Assembly (NCBI GenBank): GCA_035498015.1
Contig: DATKAO010000018.1
Location: 1,835-65,834, forward strand
Length of the DNA: 64,000 nt
Source of the DNA: Myxococcota bacterium
Lineage (GTDB): Bacteria > Myxococcota_A > UBA9160 > SZUA-336
Direction: 5' to 3'
The translations under genes were made by a program, and so were the position numbers. The notes under the pieces were generated by a model that worked only from the letters and a program-made list of their open reading frames with translations, did not search any database and was not told where the DNA came from. Shown here one piece after another: positions 44,074 through 54,100 of this stretch (position 1 is the first letter of the stretch; each line of letters begins with the position of its first letter).

Positions 44074-45519
44074 TCAGCCCGCGGCGGCGGCTCTCTTCTT
44101 GCGGTGGTCGCGCTCGCGGCGCGCGATGGCCGCGAGGATCACGCCTTCGCGGATGCCCCAGTCGCTGATCATCATGCCGGGCAGGCCGAGCGACTGGAGC
44201 ACGGTCGAGAGGATCAGCGCGCCGGTCGGCAGCAGGTCGGCGCGGCGCGAGTCGATGCCGACCATGTCGAGTCTCTCTTCGTGGGACGAACGGCGCAGCC
44301 GGCTCGCGAGCTTCTCGAGCTGGTCGGCCGAGACGAGCAGGCCGCGCAGCGCGCCGTTCTCTTCCTCGAGCAGGAGCCGGCCGAGCGCGCGGGCGGTGCC
44401 GCCCGCGGCGATGCAGCGCACGGGCGCGAGCGCCTTCACGCGCGACACGAGCGGCGCGAGCGAATCCTCGACCCGCTGGCGCAGGGCGCGCGCCTCGCCG
44501 CCCGTCATGGGGTCCGAGGGCGCGAGCTCGCTCTGCAGGCGAGTCACTCCGAGCCGCAGCGTCTCTTCGAAGCGCAGGTGCTGCGCGTTGCCGACCGCGA
44601 GCTCCAGGCTGCCGCCGCCCAGGTCGAGCCCGAGCGCCGGCTCGGTGCCCAGGCCGACGCGGCGCCGGAAGGCCGAGAAGATCAGGCGCGCCTCCTCCTG
44701 GCCGGAGAGGATGCGCACGTTGGTGCCGAGCGCGCGCCCGAGCTGCTCGGCGAGCTTGCGCCCGTTCCTGGCGTCGCGCAGCGCCGCGGTCGCGATCGCG
44801 TGCATCTGCTCCGCGCCCGCGCGCTGCGCGGCGCGGCCGAGCCGGCGCGCTGCGTCGACCGCGCGCTCGCAGGTCTCGGGCGGGATCAGCCCGTCGGGTC
44901 CGATGGCCGCGCCCAGGCGCAGCATCTCGCGCTCGCGCGCGACGCGCTCCAAGTGACCGTCGGGCGTGGCGTCGGCGACCATCACGTGGAAGGACGTGCT
45001 GCCCAGATCGGCCACGCCGACGCGCACTCTCTCGCCCTCGGCGCCGGTGCCGAAGGCGTGCTTCGGCGGCGGGAGATACGCGACGCGCAGCGTGTCGCCC
45101 AGCGTCCCCTGGAACACCCAGGTCGCGCCCTTGGGCACGCCGCCGCCGCCCTCGAGCTCGAGCGCCCCCGGCCAGAGTCTCTCGACGAGCCCGGGAATCA
45201 GATCTCCGTGCGAGCACAGCGCCACCGGCCGGTTGCCGAGTGACTGGATGAGCGACATGGCGTCGCCCATGCTCGAGCCTTCACCGAGCCGCGGATCGAT
45301 CTCGACCGGCAGGCCGAAGCGCGAGGCGAGTGGCTCGACCGTCTGCCGGCAGCGCAGCGCGGGGCTCGAGATGACTCGCGCCAGTGGCACGCCGTCGAGT
45401 CTCTCGACCAGGCCCATCGCTTCGGAGTGACCTGCGGCGGAGAGAGGCCGGAGCACGTCTTCGTGCCACCACGATGCTCGGCTCTCCGCTTTGGCGTGCC
45501 GGATCAGGTAGAGCTTCAC
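44074..45519 (-). CDS. ppx: fusion of a histidine-phosphatase (SixA-like) domain to exopolyphosphatase/guanosine pentaphosphate phosphohydrolase (Ppx/GppA)
   Basis: N-terminus MKLYLIRHAKAE...CSHGDL (RHG phosphatase), then Ppx/GppA motifs VGVADLGSTSFHVMVAD and LGLDLGGGSLELAV. Downstream of ppk on the same strand. Confidence 0.8.
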   Translation of the reverse strand: MKLYLIRHAKAESRASWWHEDVLRPLSAAGHSEAMGLVERLDGVPLARVISSPALRCRQTVEPLASRFGLPVEIDPRLGEGSSMGDAMSLIQSLGNRPVALCSHGDLIPGLVERLWPGALELEGGGGVPKGATWVFQGTLGDTLRVAYLPPPKHAFGTGAEGERVRVGVADLGSTSFHVMVADATPDGHLERVAREREMLRLGAAIGPDGLIPPETCERAVDAARRLGRAAQRAGAEQMHAIATAALRDARNGRKLAEQLGRALGTNVRILSGQEEARLIFSAFRRRVGLGTEPALGLDLGGGSLELAVGNAQHLRFEETLRLGVTRLQSELAPSDPMTGGEARALRQRVEDSLAPLVSRVKALAPVRCIAAGGTARALGRLLLEEENGALRGLLVSADQLEKLASRLRRSSHEERLDMVGIDSRRADLLPTGALILSTVLQSLGLPGMMISDWGIREGVILAAIARRERDHRKKRAAAAG

Positions 45520-45564
45520 TGCCGTCCTTCGCCGCAGAACGTAATGCGTTCGCGGCGAAAGCGC

Positions 45565-47670
45565 TCAGGTCGAAGGGGCGAGTGAGCGCTCCCGGGCCAG
45601 CCGTTGGAAACGTTCGTGTGACGTCGGCGTGGCGGTCTCGCGCTTGGACCACACGCCGTCCGGCCCGAGCGACCACGCCAGCGCATTGGGCGCCAGGTTC
45701 ACCTCGAGCAGCTCCTCGAGGCGCGCCTGCAGCGCCGGGTCGTCGACCTGCGCGAGAGTCTCGACCCGTTTGTCGAGGTTGCGGTTCATGAGGTCGGCCG
45801 AGCCGATGTAGTAGCGGGCGTTGCGGCCGGGCTTGCCGAAGCGGTACACGCGCGAGTGTTCCAGGAAGCGGCCGAGCACCGAGCGCACGCGGATGCGCTC
45901 GGACAGGCCGGGCACGCCGGGGCGCAGGCAGCAGATGGCGCGCACGGAGAGGTCGATCTCGGTGCCCGCGGCCGATGCGGCGTAGAGCGCCTCGATGATG
46001 GTCTCGTCGGAGAGGTTGTTGACCTTGATCGCGATGCGACCGTCGCCCGACTCCGCCTCGCGCCGGATCTCTTCCAGGAGCCGCGGCCGCAGAGTCACCG
46101 GCGCGACCAAGAGCTTGCGATAGCTCTGCGGCCGGCCGCAGCCCGTCAGGTAGTTGAACAGCTCCGTCAGGTCCTGGCCGAGCTCGGGCCGCGCCGAGAG
46201 CAGGCCCACGTCTTCGTAGGTGTCGGCGGTGATCGGGTTGTAGTTGCCCGTGCCGATGTGCACGTAGCGGCGGATCTGCGCGCCCTCGCGCCGCACGACC
46301 AGCGCGATCTTGGCGTGCGTCTTCAGCCCGACGATCCCGTACACCACGTGCACGCCGGCCTGCTCGAGGCGCCGCGCCCACTCGATGTTGGAGCCTTCGT
46401 CGAAGCGCGCCTTGAGCTCGATCAGCGCCACGACCTCTTTGCCGGACTGCGCCGCGCGCATCAGCGCGCGCACCAGCGGGTTGTCGCGGCCCGAGGTGCG
46501 GTAGAGCGTGTGCTTGATCGCCAGCACGTCGGGGTCACTCGCGGCCTCGGTGAGGAACGCCTCGACCGAGGTGCGGAACGAGTCGTAGGGGTGGTGCAGC
46601 AGCACGTCGCCTTCCGACACCACGCGGAAGATCGAGATCTTGCCCTCGTCGGACTTGAGCCGCGCCGGAGTCTGCGGCTGCCAGGGCTCGTCTTTCAGGT
46701 CGGGGCGGCTCAGCCCGTACAGCGCCCATAGACTGGCGAGGTCGAGCAGGCCGTCCATCACGTACACGTCGTCGGGCGTGAGCTCGAGCTCGGAGACCAG
46801 CACGTCGCGCACCTTCGACGACATGGTCTTGTCGACCTCGAGCCGCACGGCGTCGTTCAGCCGCAGACGCCGGTGCAAGCCGGACTGGACCGCCGCGAGC
46901 AGGTCGCGCGCCGCGTCTTCGTCGACGGCGAGGTCGGCGTCGAGCGTGAGTCGGAACGGGTGGTGCGAGACCAGCTCCATGCCGGGGAAGAGTGACTCGA
47001 GGTTCGCCGCGATCAGCTGCTCGACCGGCAGGAAGCGCTCGCCGTCGGGCAGCGCGTAGAAGCGGGGCAAGAGCCGCGGCACCTTCACGCGCGCGAAGCG
47101 GTTCTCGCCGCTGGCGGCGTCGCGCACCACGACCGCGAGGTTCAGCGACAGGTTCGAGATGTACGGGAACGGGTGCGCGCGGTCGACCGACTGCGGCGTC
47201 AGCACCGGCAGGATCTCGTCCTCGAAGATGCGCGCGAGCCGCGAGCGGTCGATCTCGTCGAGCTGGCTCCAATCCACGATGCGGATGCGCTGCTCGGCGA
47301 GCTTGGGTAGGAGCTCCTTGTGCAGCAGGCTCTCCTGCTCGCGCAGCTGGTCGAGCACCTGCGCGCGCGCCTCGGCGACCTGCTCGCGCGGGCTGCGCCC
47401 GTCGGCTCCCGGCTGGGTGACCCCGGCGTCGATCTGCGCGTGCAGACCCGCGATCCGCACCTGGAAGAACTCGTCGAGGTTCGCGCTCACGATCGCGAGG
47501 TACTTCACGCGCTCGAGCAGCGGCTGCGCGGGATCCTGCGCCAGCGCGAGCACGCGCTTGTTGAAGTCGAGCCACGACAGCTCGCGGTTCAGGAAGCGAG
47601 CCGGGGGGGCTGGGCTCGCGGAACCGGTTGCGGAAAGGTCGCCGGGCATCGGCTCTCCGGGGGAGGACAT
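45565..47670 (-). CDS. ppk: polyphosphate kinase 1
   Basis: 701 aa. FLNRELSWLDFNKRVLALA N-domain, two PLD-like HKD motifs (THAKIALV), C-terminal domains. Confidence 0.9.
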   Translation of the reverse strand: MSSPGEPMPGDLSATGSASPAPPARFLNRELSWLDFNKRVLALAQDPAQPLLERVKYLAIVSANLDEFFQVRIAGLHAQIDAGVTQPGADGRSPREQVAEARAQVLDQLREQESLLHKELLPKLAEQRIRIVDWSQLDEIDRSRLARIFEDEILPVLTPQSVDRAHPFPYISNLSLNLAVVVRDAASGENRFARVKVPRLLPRFYALPDGERFLPVEQLIAANLESLFPGMELVSHHPFRLTLDADLAVDEDAARDLLAAVQSGLHRRLRLNDAVRLEVDKTMSSKVRDVLVSELELTPDDVYVMDGLLDLASLWALYGLSRPDLKDEPWQPQTPARLKSDEGKISIFRVVSEGDVLLHHPYDSFRTSVEAFLTEAASDPDVLAIKHTLYRTSGRDNPLVRALMRAAQSGKEVVALIELKARFDEGSNIEWARRLEQAGVHVVYGIVGLKTHAKIALVVRREGAQIRRYVHIGTGNYNPITADTYEDVGLLSARPELGQDLTELFNYLTGCGRPQSYRKLLVAPVTLRPRLLEEIRREAESGDGRIAIKVNNLSDETIIEALYAASAAGTEIDLSVRAICCLRPGVPGLSERIRVRSVLGRFLEHSRVYRFGKPGRNARYYIGSADLMNRNLDKRVETLAQVDDPALQARLEELLEVNLAPNALAWSLGPDGVWSKRETATPTSHERFQRLARERSLAPST

Positions 47671-47779
47671 GGGTGCGGGAACGGTACCGAGACCAAGCCC
47701 GGTTCTGGCCCCCCATCTTACGACATTCGGGTGACGATTTCGGGTGGTCCCGTGTGTTCCCGCGGAGTTGCTCGGTTAA

Positions 47780-48478
47780 TTACCGTTCTTTTTCCGGCAA
47801 CGCCGCCAGGCGATAGCCCACGCCGTGGAGGCTTTCGAGCACCCAGGCCGAGCTGCCCAGCTTGCGCCGGATCCCCTTCACATGGGTGTCGACCACGCGG
47901 GGGGTCCGGGCCGCGCCATCGGGCCAGATCTCGGTGAGGATCTCCTCGCGGGTGAACACGTGGGTAGGGCGGCGCAGCAGCAGCCCGAGCAGCGCGAACT
48001 CGATCTCGGTCAGCGCGACCGCGTCGCCGTCGGCCAGCACCGAGCGGCGGCCGGGATCGAGGCTGATCGGCCCGTGCGCGAGCGGCGGCTCGGGCGCGCT
48101 GCGCTCGCCGTCGGCCCGGCGCAAGAGCGCCCGCACGCGCAGCGCGAGCTCGCGCGGGAAGAACGGCCGCACCACCACGTCGTCGGCGCCGGCCTCGAGC
48201 GCCAGGATCCGGTCCAGGTCCGAGGTGCTGCGAGTCACGACCAGAATGGGCACGTCCTTCGCGTCGGGGTTCTCGCGGATCGCGCGGCAGACCGCGAAGC
48301 CCGACTGGTCGCGCAGGAACATGTCGAGCACCACGGCGTTGGGCGCCGAGTCACGCAGCCGCTCGGCGGCCTCGCTGGCGGTCGAGGCTTCCGCAAGACT
48401 GAATCCCGCCCCGGACAGACAGCTCTCCAGCTCGGCTCGGCCAGCCGGATCCGAATCGACGACGAGCACACGCGCCAC
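47780..48478 (-). CDS. OmpR/PhoB-family response regulator (orphan; no kinase adjacent)
   Basis: GTG at 48478 after GGGAGG. Receiver domain RVLVVDSD...VVLDMFL...ILVVT, winged-helix LTEIEFALLGLL...VDTHVKGIRRKL. Confidence 0.8.
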   Translation of the reverse strand: MARVLVVDSDPAGRAELESCLSGAGFSLAEASTASEAAERLRDSAPNAVVLDMFLRDQSGFAVCRAIRENPDAKDVPILVVTRSTSDLDRILALEAGADDVVVRPFFPRELALRVRALLRRADGERSAPEPPLAHGPISLDPGRRSVLADGDAVALTEIEFALLGLLLRRPTHVFTREEILTEIWPDGAARTPRVVDTHVKGIRRKLGSSAWVLESLHGVGYRLAALPEKER

Positions 48479-48616
48479 GCCTCCCGTGTAGCAGGCCAAG
48501 GGAGCGTTACTGCCAAGGATCCGTGCGAAGCTCGTGAAGTCTCTGCGTCGAGCCTTCGGCAAACCGCCATCTGACCGTCACGGAGCGCCCTCGGGTGAGT
48601 GCTAACCTGCCGTTTC

Positions 48617-49249
48617 ATGTCACGGGTCGCTCTCGGAGCGCTGGCGGCGCTCGGCGCCGCAGTGATCGCCGCGGCCGTGTGGCTCCGGCCCGCGCCCGAG
48701 GTCGCGCCGGCGCCCGCTCCGAAGCCGCGAGCTGCGGCCGACGCACCGCCCGCACCCGCCGAGAACGCCCGGCCAGCGGCGGCTGCCGTCGTCGAGCCCC
48801 CGGCCGTCGCGCCGCCTCCCCCCAATTCCGCGTCGCGGACTTACGGCGCGTCGCCGGCCGAGATCCAGCTCATCGGGCTCGAGGAGGAGGCCCTGCGGCG
48901 GATCGACGTGGAGGCCGTGCTCGAGGCCGCCGGCGTCGACGTCCACGCGCTCAAAGCCCGCCCCGATGCTGCGGAAATCCTGCGCCACGTGGCCGCCGAC
49001 GAGCTCATGACCCGCAGCTACATGCGCGACTACTTCAACGACACGACCTTCCCGTACGGCTACCCGACCGAGAACGCGACCCGCGATGCGCGCGCGCACG
49101 CGGAAGGCATGATCGCCCAGCTGACCGTCGAGGGCCGGGTGGAATCTCTCACTCACGACCTCGAGTCCGACGACGTGGAGATGCCGGAGCCCAAGGTCTA
49201 CCCGGAATCCAGTGGCCGCATCTGGACTCCTCCGTCAGAGCAACCGTGA
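48617..49249 (+). CDS. membrane-anchored Ala/Pro-rich protein of unknown function
   Basis: ATG at 48617. N-terminal TM MSRVALGALAALGAAVIAAAVWL, Pro/Ala-rich linker, C-terminal globular segment. Confidence 0.4.
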   Translation: MSRVALGALAALGAAVIAAAVWLRPAPEVAPAPAPKPRAAADAPPAPAENARPAAAAVVEPPAVAPPPPNSASRTYGASPAEIQLIGLEEEALRRIDVEAVLEAAGVDVHALKARPDAAEILRHVAADELMTRSYMRDYFNDTTFPYGYPTENATRDARAHAEGMIAQLTVEGRVESLTHDLESDDVEMPEPKVYPESSGRIWTPPSEQP

Positions 49250-49333
49250 GCACACGGTTCCTTCACGCCGAGTTCGCATAATCGTCACGGTCGATCCACT
49301 GCTGCGACACCCTCGCTGCCTAGTCTTCGCACG

Positions 49334-50053
49334 ATGGAAGGCCACCAATCGGCGCTGATTTTCGCGCTGGGGCACATGACCATCGAGGGTAAGGTCACGA
49401 TGAGCCTGCTCTTCGTGCTCTCGCTGCTCTCGTGGGCCGTGATCTTCAGCAAGTGGATTGCCGTGATCCGGCAGCGCCGCGCGATGCGCCGGTTCGACGA
49501 AGCCTACGCCGAGCTGCAGGACTCACTGACGCTCGACACCGAGGCGAAAGGTCTGGCGCAGGCGCCGGCGCTGACCGTGTACGAAGCCATGCGCGAGGAG
49601 ATCGACCGGCAGACGGCGAAGGGCGCGCGCTCTCTGTCGGAGCGCAACCTGCCGTCGCTGCACGCGGTGCTCGAGAAGAGCGTGAACATCGAGTCGCTGG
49701 CGCTCGAGTCCGGCACGATCGTGCTGGCGATGGCGATCTCGGGCGGTCCGTTCATCGGACTCACCGGCACGGTGTTCGGCGTGATGGAGACCTTCTCGGG
49801 CGTCGCGCAGGCCGGTCAGGCGAACCTGGCCGCGATGGCGCCCGGCGTCGCGGGCGCGCTGGTCAACACGATCGTGGGCCTGGTCGTCGCGATCCCGGCG
49901 CTGTTCGCGTACAACCTGATCACCAAGTCGATCCAGGGCATCCAGGTCGCGCTCACGGGCTTCGCGACCGACCTCGAAGCGCGCGTGATCTCCGAGCACT
50001 ACCGCGGCGAGCGGGGCGAGCGCGACGTGCCCAAGCTCGCGGCGAGTCACTGA
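49334..50053 (+). CDS. MotA/TolQ/ExbB-family proton-channel protein (second module)
   Basis: 3-TM protein with a GPFIGLTGTVFGVMETF signature. Confidence 0.8.
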   Translation: MEGHQSALIFALGHMTIEGKVTMSLLFVLSLLSWAVIFSKWIAVIRQRRAMRRFDEAYAELQDSLTLDTEAKGLAQAPALTVYEAMREEIDRQTAKGARSLSERNLPSLHAVLEKSVNIESLALESGTIVLAMAISGGPFIGLTGTVFGVMETFSGVAQAGQANLAAMAPGVAGALVNTIVGLVVAIPALFAYNLITKSIQGIQVALTGFATDLEARVISEHYRGERGERDVPKLAASH

Positions 50054-50065
50054 GGCAGGTGACCC

Positions 50066-50467
50066 GTGAAAGCCCCTCAGCGCGGCGGCGTCGTCGCAGA
50101 CATCAACATCACCCCGCTGCTCGACCTGGCGTGGGTGCTGCTCGTGATCTTCATCCTCACGACCACCACGATCGTGCAGGGCATCGACCTCAAGCTCCCC
50201 GACGCGTCCAAGGAGCAGAAGCAGGAGATTCCGACCGAGGTCGTGACCATCTCCCTCGACCAGACGGGCACGATCTTCGTCAACGAGGAGCCCATGCCGC
50301 TGGAGCGGATGATGGAGAAGCTCCGCCTGTACAAGCTCGCGAACCCTGATTTGCCGGTGATCCTGCGCGCGGACAAGCGGCTCTACTACGAGCAGGTCGT
50401 GAAAGTGCTCGACGGCATCAAGCGCGTGCCCGTCGAGAATCTGGCCGTGGCCACGGAGGTGGAATGA
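50066..50467 (+). CDS. ExbD/TolR-family protein (second module)
   Basis: GTG start. ADINITPLLDLAWVLLVIFIL TM helix and a periplasmic domain. Confidence 0.8.
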   Translation: MKAPQRGGVVADINITPLLDLAWVLLVIFILTTTTIVQGIDLKLPDASKEQKQEIPTEVVTISLDQTGTIFVNEEPMPLERMMEKLRLYKLANPDLPVILRADKRLYYEQVVKVLDGIKRVPVENLAVATEVE

Positions 50468-51120
50468 CTCCCCAGCAGTCGACTCAGAAGAAGAAACGGA
50501 AGCGCGGCTCGAACCTGCCGGTCGTGATCGGCTTGGTGGTCGGCATTCATGCCGTGATGGGCGGCGGACTCTACGCACTCACTCAGACCGACGCCGGTCA
50601 GGAGTTCATCCGCATCCACAAGATCAAGTTTCTCGAGCCCGAGCAGGAGAAGCAGGAAGAGGCCAAGGCCCCGGAGCCGCCGCCTCTGCCGCCGCCCATC
50701 CAGCAGCAGGTCGAAGCTCCCACGGTGAGTGCAGCGCCGGCCCCGACCACCAGCGCGCCGTCGGTCTCGATCGGCGGCGGCGGCGGTACGAACTGGAGCG
50801 GTGGCAAGTTCATCGGCGGGCTCGAGGACGGCCCGATGGGCGCGTTCCACGCCGGCGTGCTGGGGCGGATCCGCAGCTGCTTCGGCAGCTGGACCGGACC
50901 GTCTCGTCCGGCCGAGGTCGCGCTCGACGTGAGTCACGAGGGATCGGTCGTCTCGTACAAGCTCGTCCACGGCACCGGATCGACCGCCGAGGACGACCAG
51001 CTCATGGACGCGGTCCGCTGCGTCCAGCAGAAGGGCGTCGGTGCTCCCCCCGAAGGCGTCGGACGCGTCGTGACCCTGCGCCTCCGGCCGTCCCACGGGG
51101 TCGCCAGTGGTCAGGGTTAG
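50464..51120 (+). CDS. TolA/TonB-like energy-transducing protein
   Basis: ATGA overlap with the upstream stop. Basic N-terminus plus TM helix, Glu/Lys and Pro-rich spacer, C-terminal VALDVSHEGSVVSYKLVHGTGSTAEDDQLMDAVRCV resembling TolA domain III / the TonB-C fold. Confidence 0.6.
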   Translation: MTPQQSTQKKKRKRGSNLPVVIGLVVGIHAVMGGGLYALTQTDAGQEFIRIHKIKFLEPEQEKQEEAKAPEPPPLPPPIQQQVEAPTVSAAPAPTTSAPSVSIGGGGGTNWSGGKFIGGLEDGPMGAFHAGVLGRIRSCFGSWTGPSRPAEVALDVSHEGSVVSYKLVHGTGSTAEDDQLMDAVRCVQQKGVGAPPEGVGRVVTLRLRPSHGVASGQG

Positions 51121-54100
51121 CCAGCAGCTGCTGTCCGTCCTGCTGTCCGGGCTGATCGCGGGACTCGGACCCGCCTCCGCGCTCGCGAACCCGGCGGGCG
51201 GGGTCGTGCAGGGCGGCGCCGCCACGATCTCGGGTCAGGGCACCTCGAACGTCACGATCAACCAGACCTCGAATTCCGCGGTGCTGTCCTGGCAGAGCTT
51301 CAACATCGCGCCCGGAGAGAGCACCAACTTCGTGCAGCCGAGCGCCCGCGCGCTCGCGCTGAACCGCATCCTCGATGGCCAGGCCTCGCAGATCCTCGGC
51401 AACCTGAACGCGAACGGCCGCGTGTATCTCATCAACCCGAACGGCATCCTGTTCGGGCAGGGCGCCGTGGTGAACGTGGGCGGCCTCGCGGCGGCCACGA
51501 ACGCGCAGGTCACCAACCTGGTGAATGCGCAGGTCGATGCGGCGGCCAGCGCGCAGGGCGCCCCGGGCGCGAGCATCACCAACCAGGGCCGCATCAACGT
51601 GGCGCCGGGGGGTGACGTGTATCTGGTCGGCGCCAAGGTCGAGAACTCGACGACCGGAGTGATCCACGTCGACGGCGGCACCGTGACGGTGGCGTCGGGC
51701 GCCACGCTCACGCTCGCGGGCGAGGATGGCGTGGCGGTCGAGTATCAGGTGCCGACCACTCCGGACAACACGGCGGTGAACCTGGGCCAGATCCTTGCGG
51801 ACAAGGGCACGGCCGACATCCGCGCCGCGGTCGTGCGCCAGGGCGCGGCGCAGGCGAGCGCCGCGGTGGAGATCGACGGACAGATCGTGCTGGTCGGTGA
51901 CTCCGTGCGGGTCGCGGGAGACACCGCGACCGACAACGGCAAGGTGGGCGTGACTGCGCTGAATGGCGACGTGGAGATCGCCGCCGGCGGCAACGTGCGC
52001 AGCAACACCGGGGACATCGCGGTGACTGCGGGTCGCGACGTGACCTTCACCTCGACCGACCGGGCCCACGACAGCGTGATCGAGACGGGCAGCGGCAACA
52101 TCGACGTGGTCGCCGAGCGCGACGTGAACCTGCAGCCCAACGTGAACGCGGCCGGGAACACGGCGATCCGCACGCGCGGCATCGACGTCGAGCAACCGGA
52201 CGGCACTGTCGTGCACGAGAAGGGCGACGGCGGCAACGTGGTCGTGATTGCGAAGACCGGCAACGTGAACGCAGGCACGGCTGATCGCTGGGTCGACTCC
52301 GTGCCGCCGCTCGAGCGCACGGCCTTCGGAACGTTCGGCCTCGACTACCCCAAGAACTTCGACCCGCTCCCCGTCGACCCGCGCGGGATCCTCGGCATCG
52401 GCTCCGAAGCCGGCGGCAACGTCACGGTGATCGCGGGTGGCAACGTCGCGACCCGCCGCACCGACGTGAACGTGACTCGCACCGGTGGCAGCGCCACGGC
52501 CCTCCCACCGTCGGACCCCGACGCACCGCTCCCGTTCGACTACGACGGGAGTCACATCGGCGTGTTCGGTCAGGCCTATACGACCCTCGAGCTGCCGCCC
52601 TTTGCCTTTCCGGTGAACAGCCTGCGGATCCCCGTCGCCAACGCGCCCAAGGCCAAGCTCACGGTGATTGCGGGCGGCGACATCACCGGCGACTACATGA
52701 TTCGCAACGGCACGGCGACGCTGCGCGCCGGCTACGCACTCGCACCCGACGCCCTCCCGCAGGTCGCCGCCGACCCGGGCGCGCTGGCGGCGATCGAGGC
52801 GAGCAGCAATCATGCCGATCCCACCAGCCAGTTCCACTTCTCCGATGCCGCGACCGCGGACCCCTCGCGCGGCTGGCTCGGCAGCCTCGGCAGCCCGCTC
52901 ACGCTCGACATGGTCTTCGCTTCGGTCGACGGGCGCGGCGCCAACGGAGTCGCACTCCGCGCGGCGGAGAACCCGTCGCTCGTCTACCCGTCGTCGAACA
53001 TCAACGCGAACGGCACCGCCAAGCTGCCGACCTACGGCGAGGACGACACTCTCGCGCTGGACGCCGAGCGCGGCGACGTGGTCCTGCTCGGAACGGACAC
53101 CGTGTTGCGGGAGGCCGGGAGCACGGCGACCACCACGCCCAACCCGTTCGTCCTGATGCTGCCTCCGAGTGTCTCGATCGCGACTCACGACTTCACGCGC
53201 AACGTCGGGTCGGAGGTCGAGTCGCGGTCCGGCGATCTCGTGATCCTGAACGACTTCCAGATGCTTCCCTCCGAACAGGGGGGCCTGTCACTGAACGTCG
53301 CGGGCGAGGTGCGGACCGCAGGCGTGGCTGCGAGCGGCAAGGCCAAGGTGCAGATCGACGTGCAGTCGTTCGGCGCCTCGGGCGACCAGAGCTTCACTCT
53401 GCTGCCGGGGCTCAAGCTGCGCGACACCGCGAACGGCGCCGAGTACACGCTGGACGGCCAGATCTCGATGCAGCCGCGCCTCCCGCCCACGCCGGCTCAG
53501 GGCTCCGTCCAGTTCAACATCTCGCCCGACGCCCTGGCGCACGGAATCACCATTCCCAAGGGTACGGTGGTCGTCGCTCAGAACGGGACGCGCTACACGA
53601 CCGACCGCGAGCTGGTGATTCCGCCGCCGGCACAACGCCCGCGGCAGACCCAGGTGGTCCTCACACTCGCCCAGGCGCCCTCGGGCCCGGTCACGGTGGC
53701 GGCGACCGCGAAGCTCGTGGGCCCCGACGGAGCGCTCTACAACCTCGACCAGGCCGTGAACTTCAAGGCGGGGCAGACGTCGGCGCTCGTCACGGTCACC
53801 GCGCAACAGGGCGGCGGCAAGGACTTGCGCCCCGGTCAGCTCCAGCTCGCAGCGCCGGTGGCCGAGTTCCCGGGGCTCACCGCGACGAACATCACGATCA
53901 GCACGCGCAAGGCCATCACCGCAGTCACTGTGACTGCGGAGGATACGGGGCTGGACGGGAACTCGCTGCCTCGTCGGGTCGCGGGCCTCGAGACTCCGAT
54001 TCCCGGCGTCATCTCGGTCACGAACTCCTCGGCGCTGAGCAACGGGAGCGACCTCGCAGAGTTCGGCAAGGTCGTGGGCGGGGGTGTGTCGCTGCCGACG

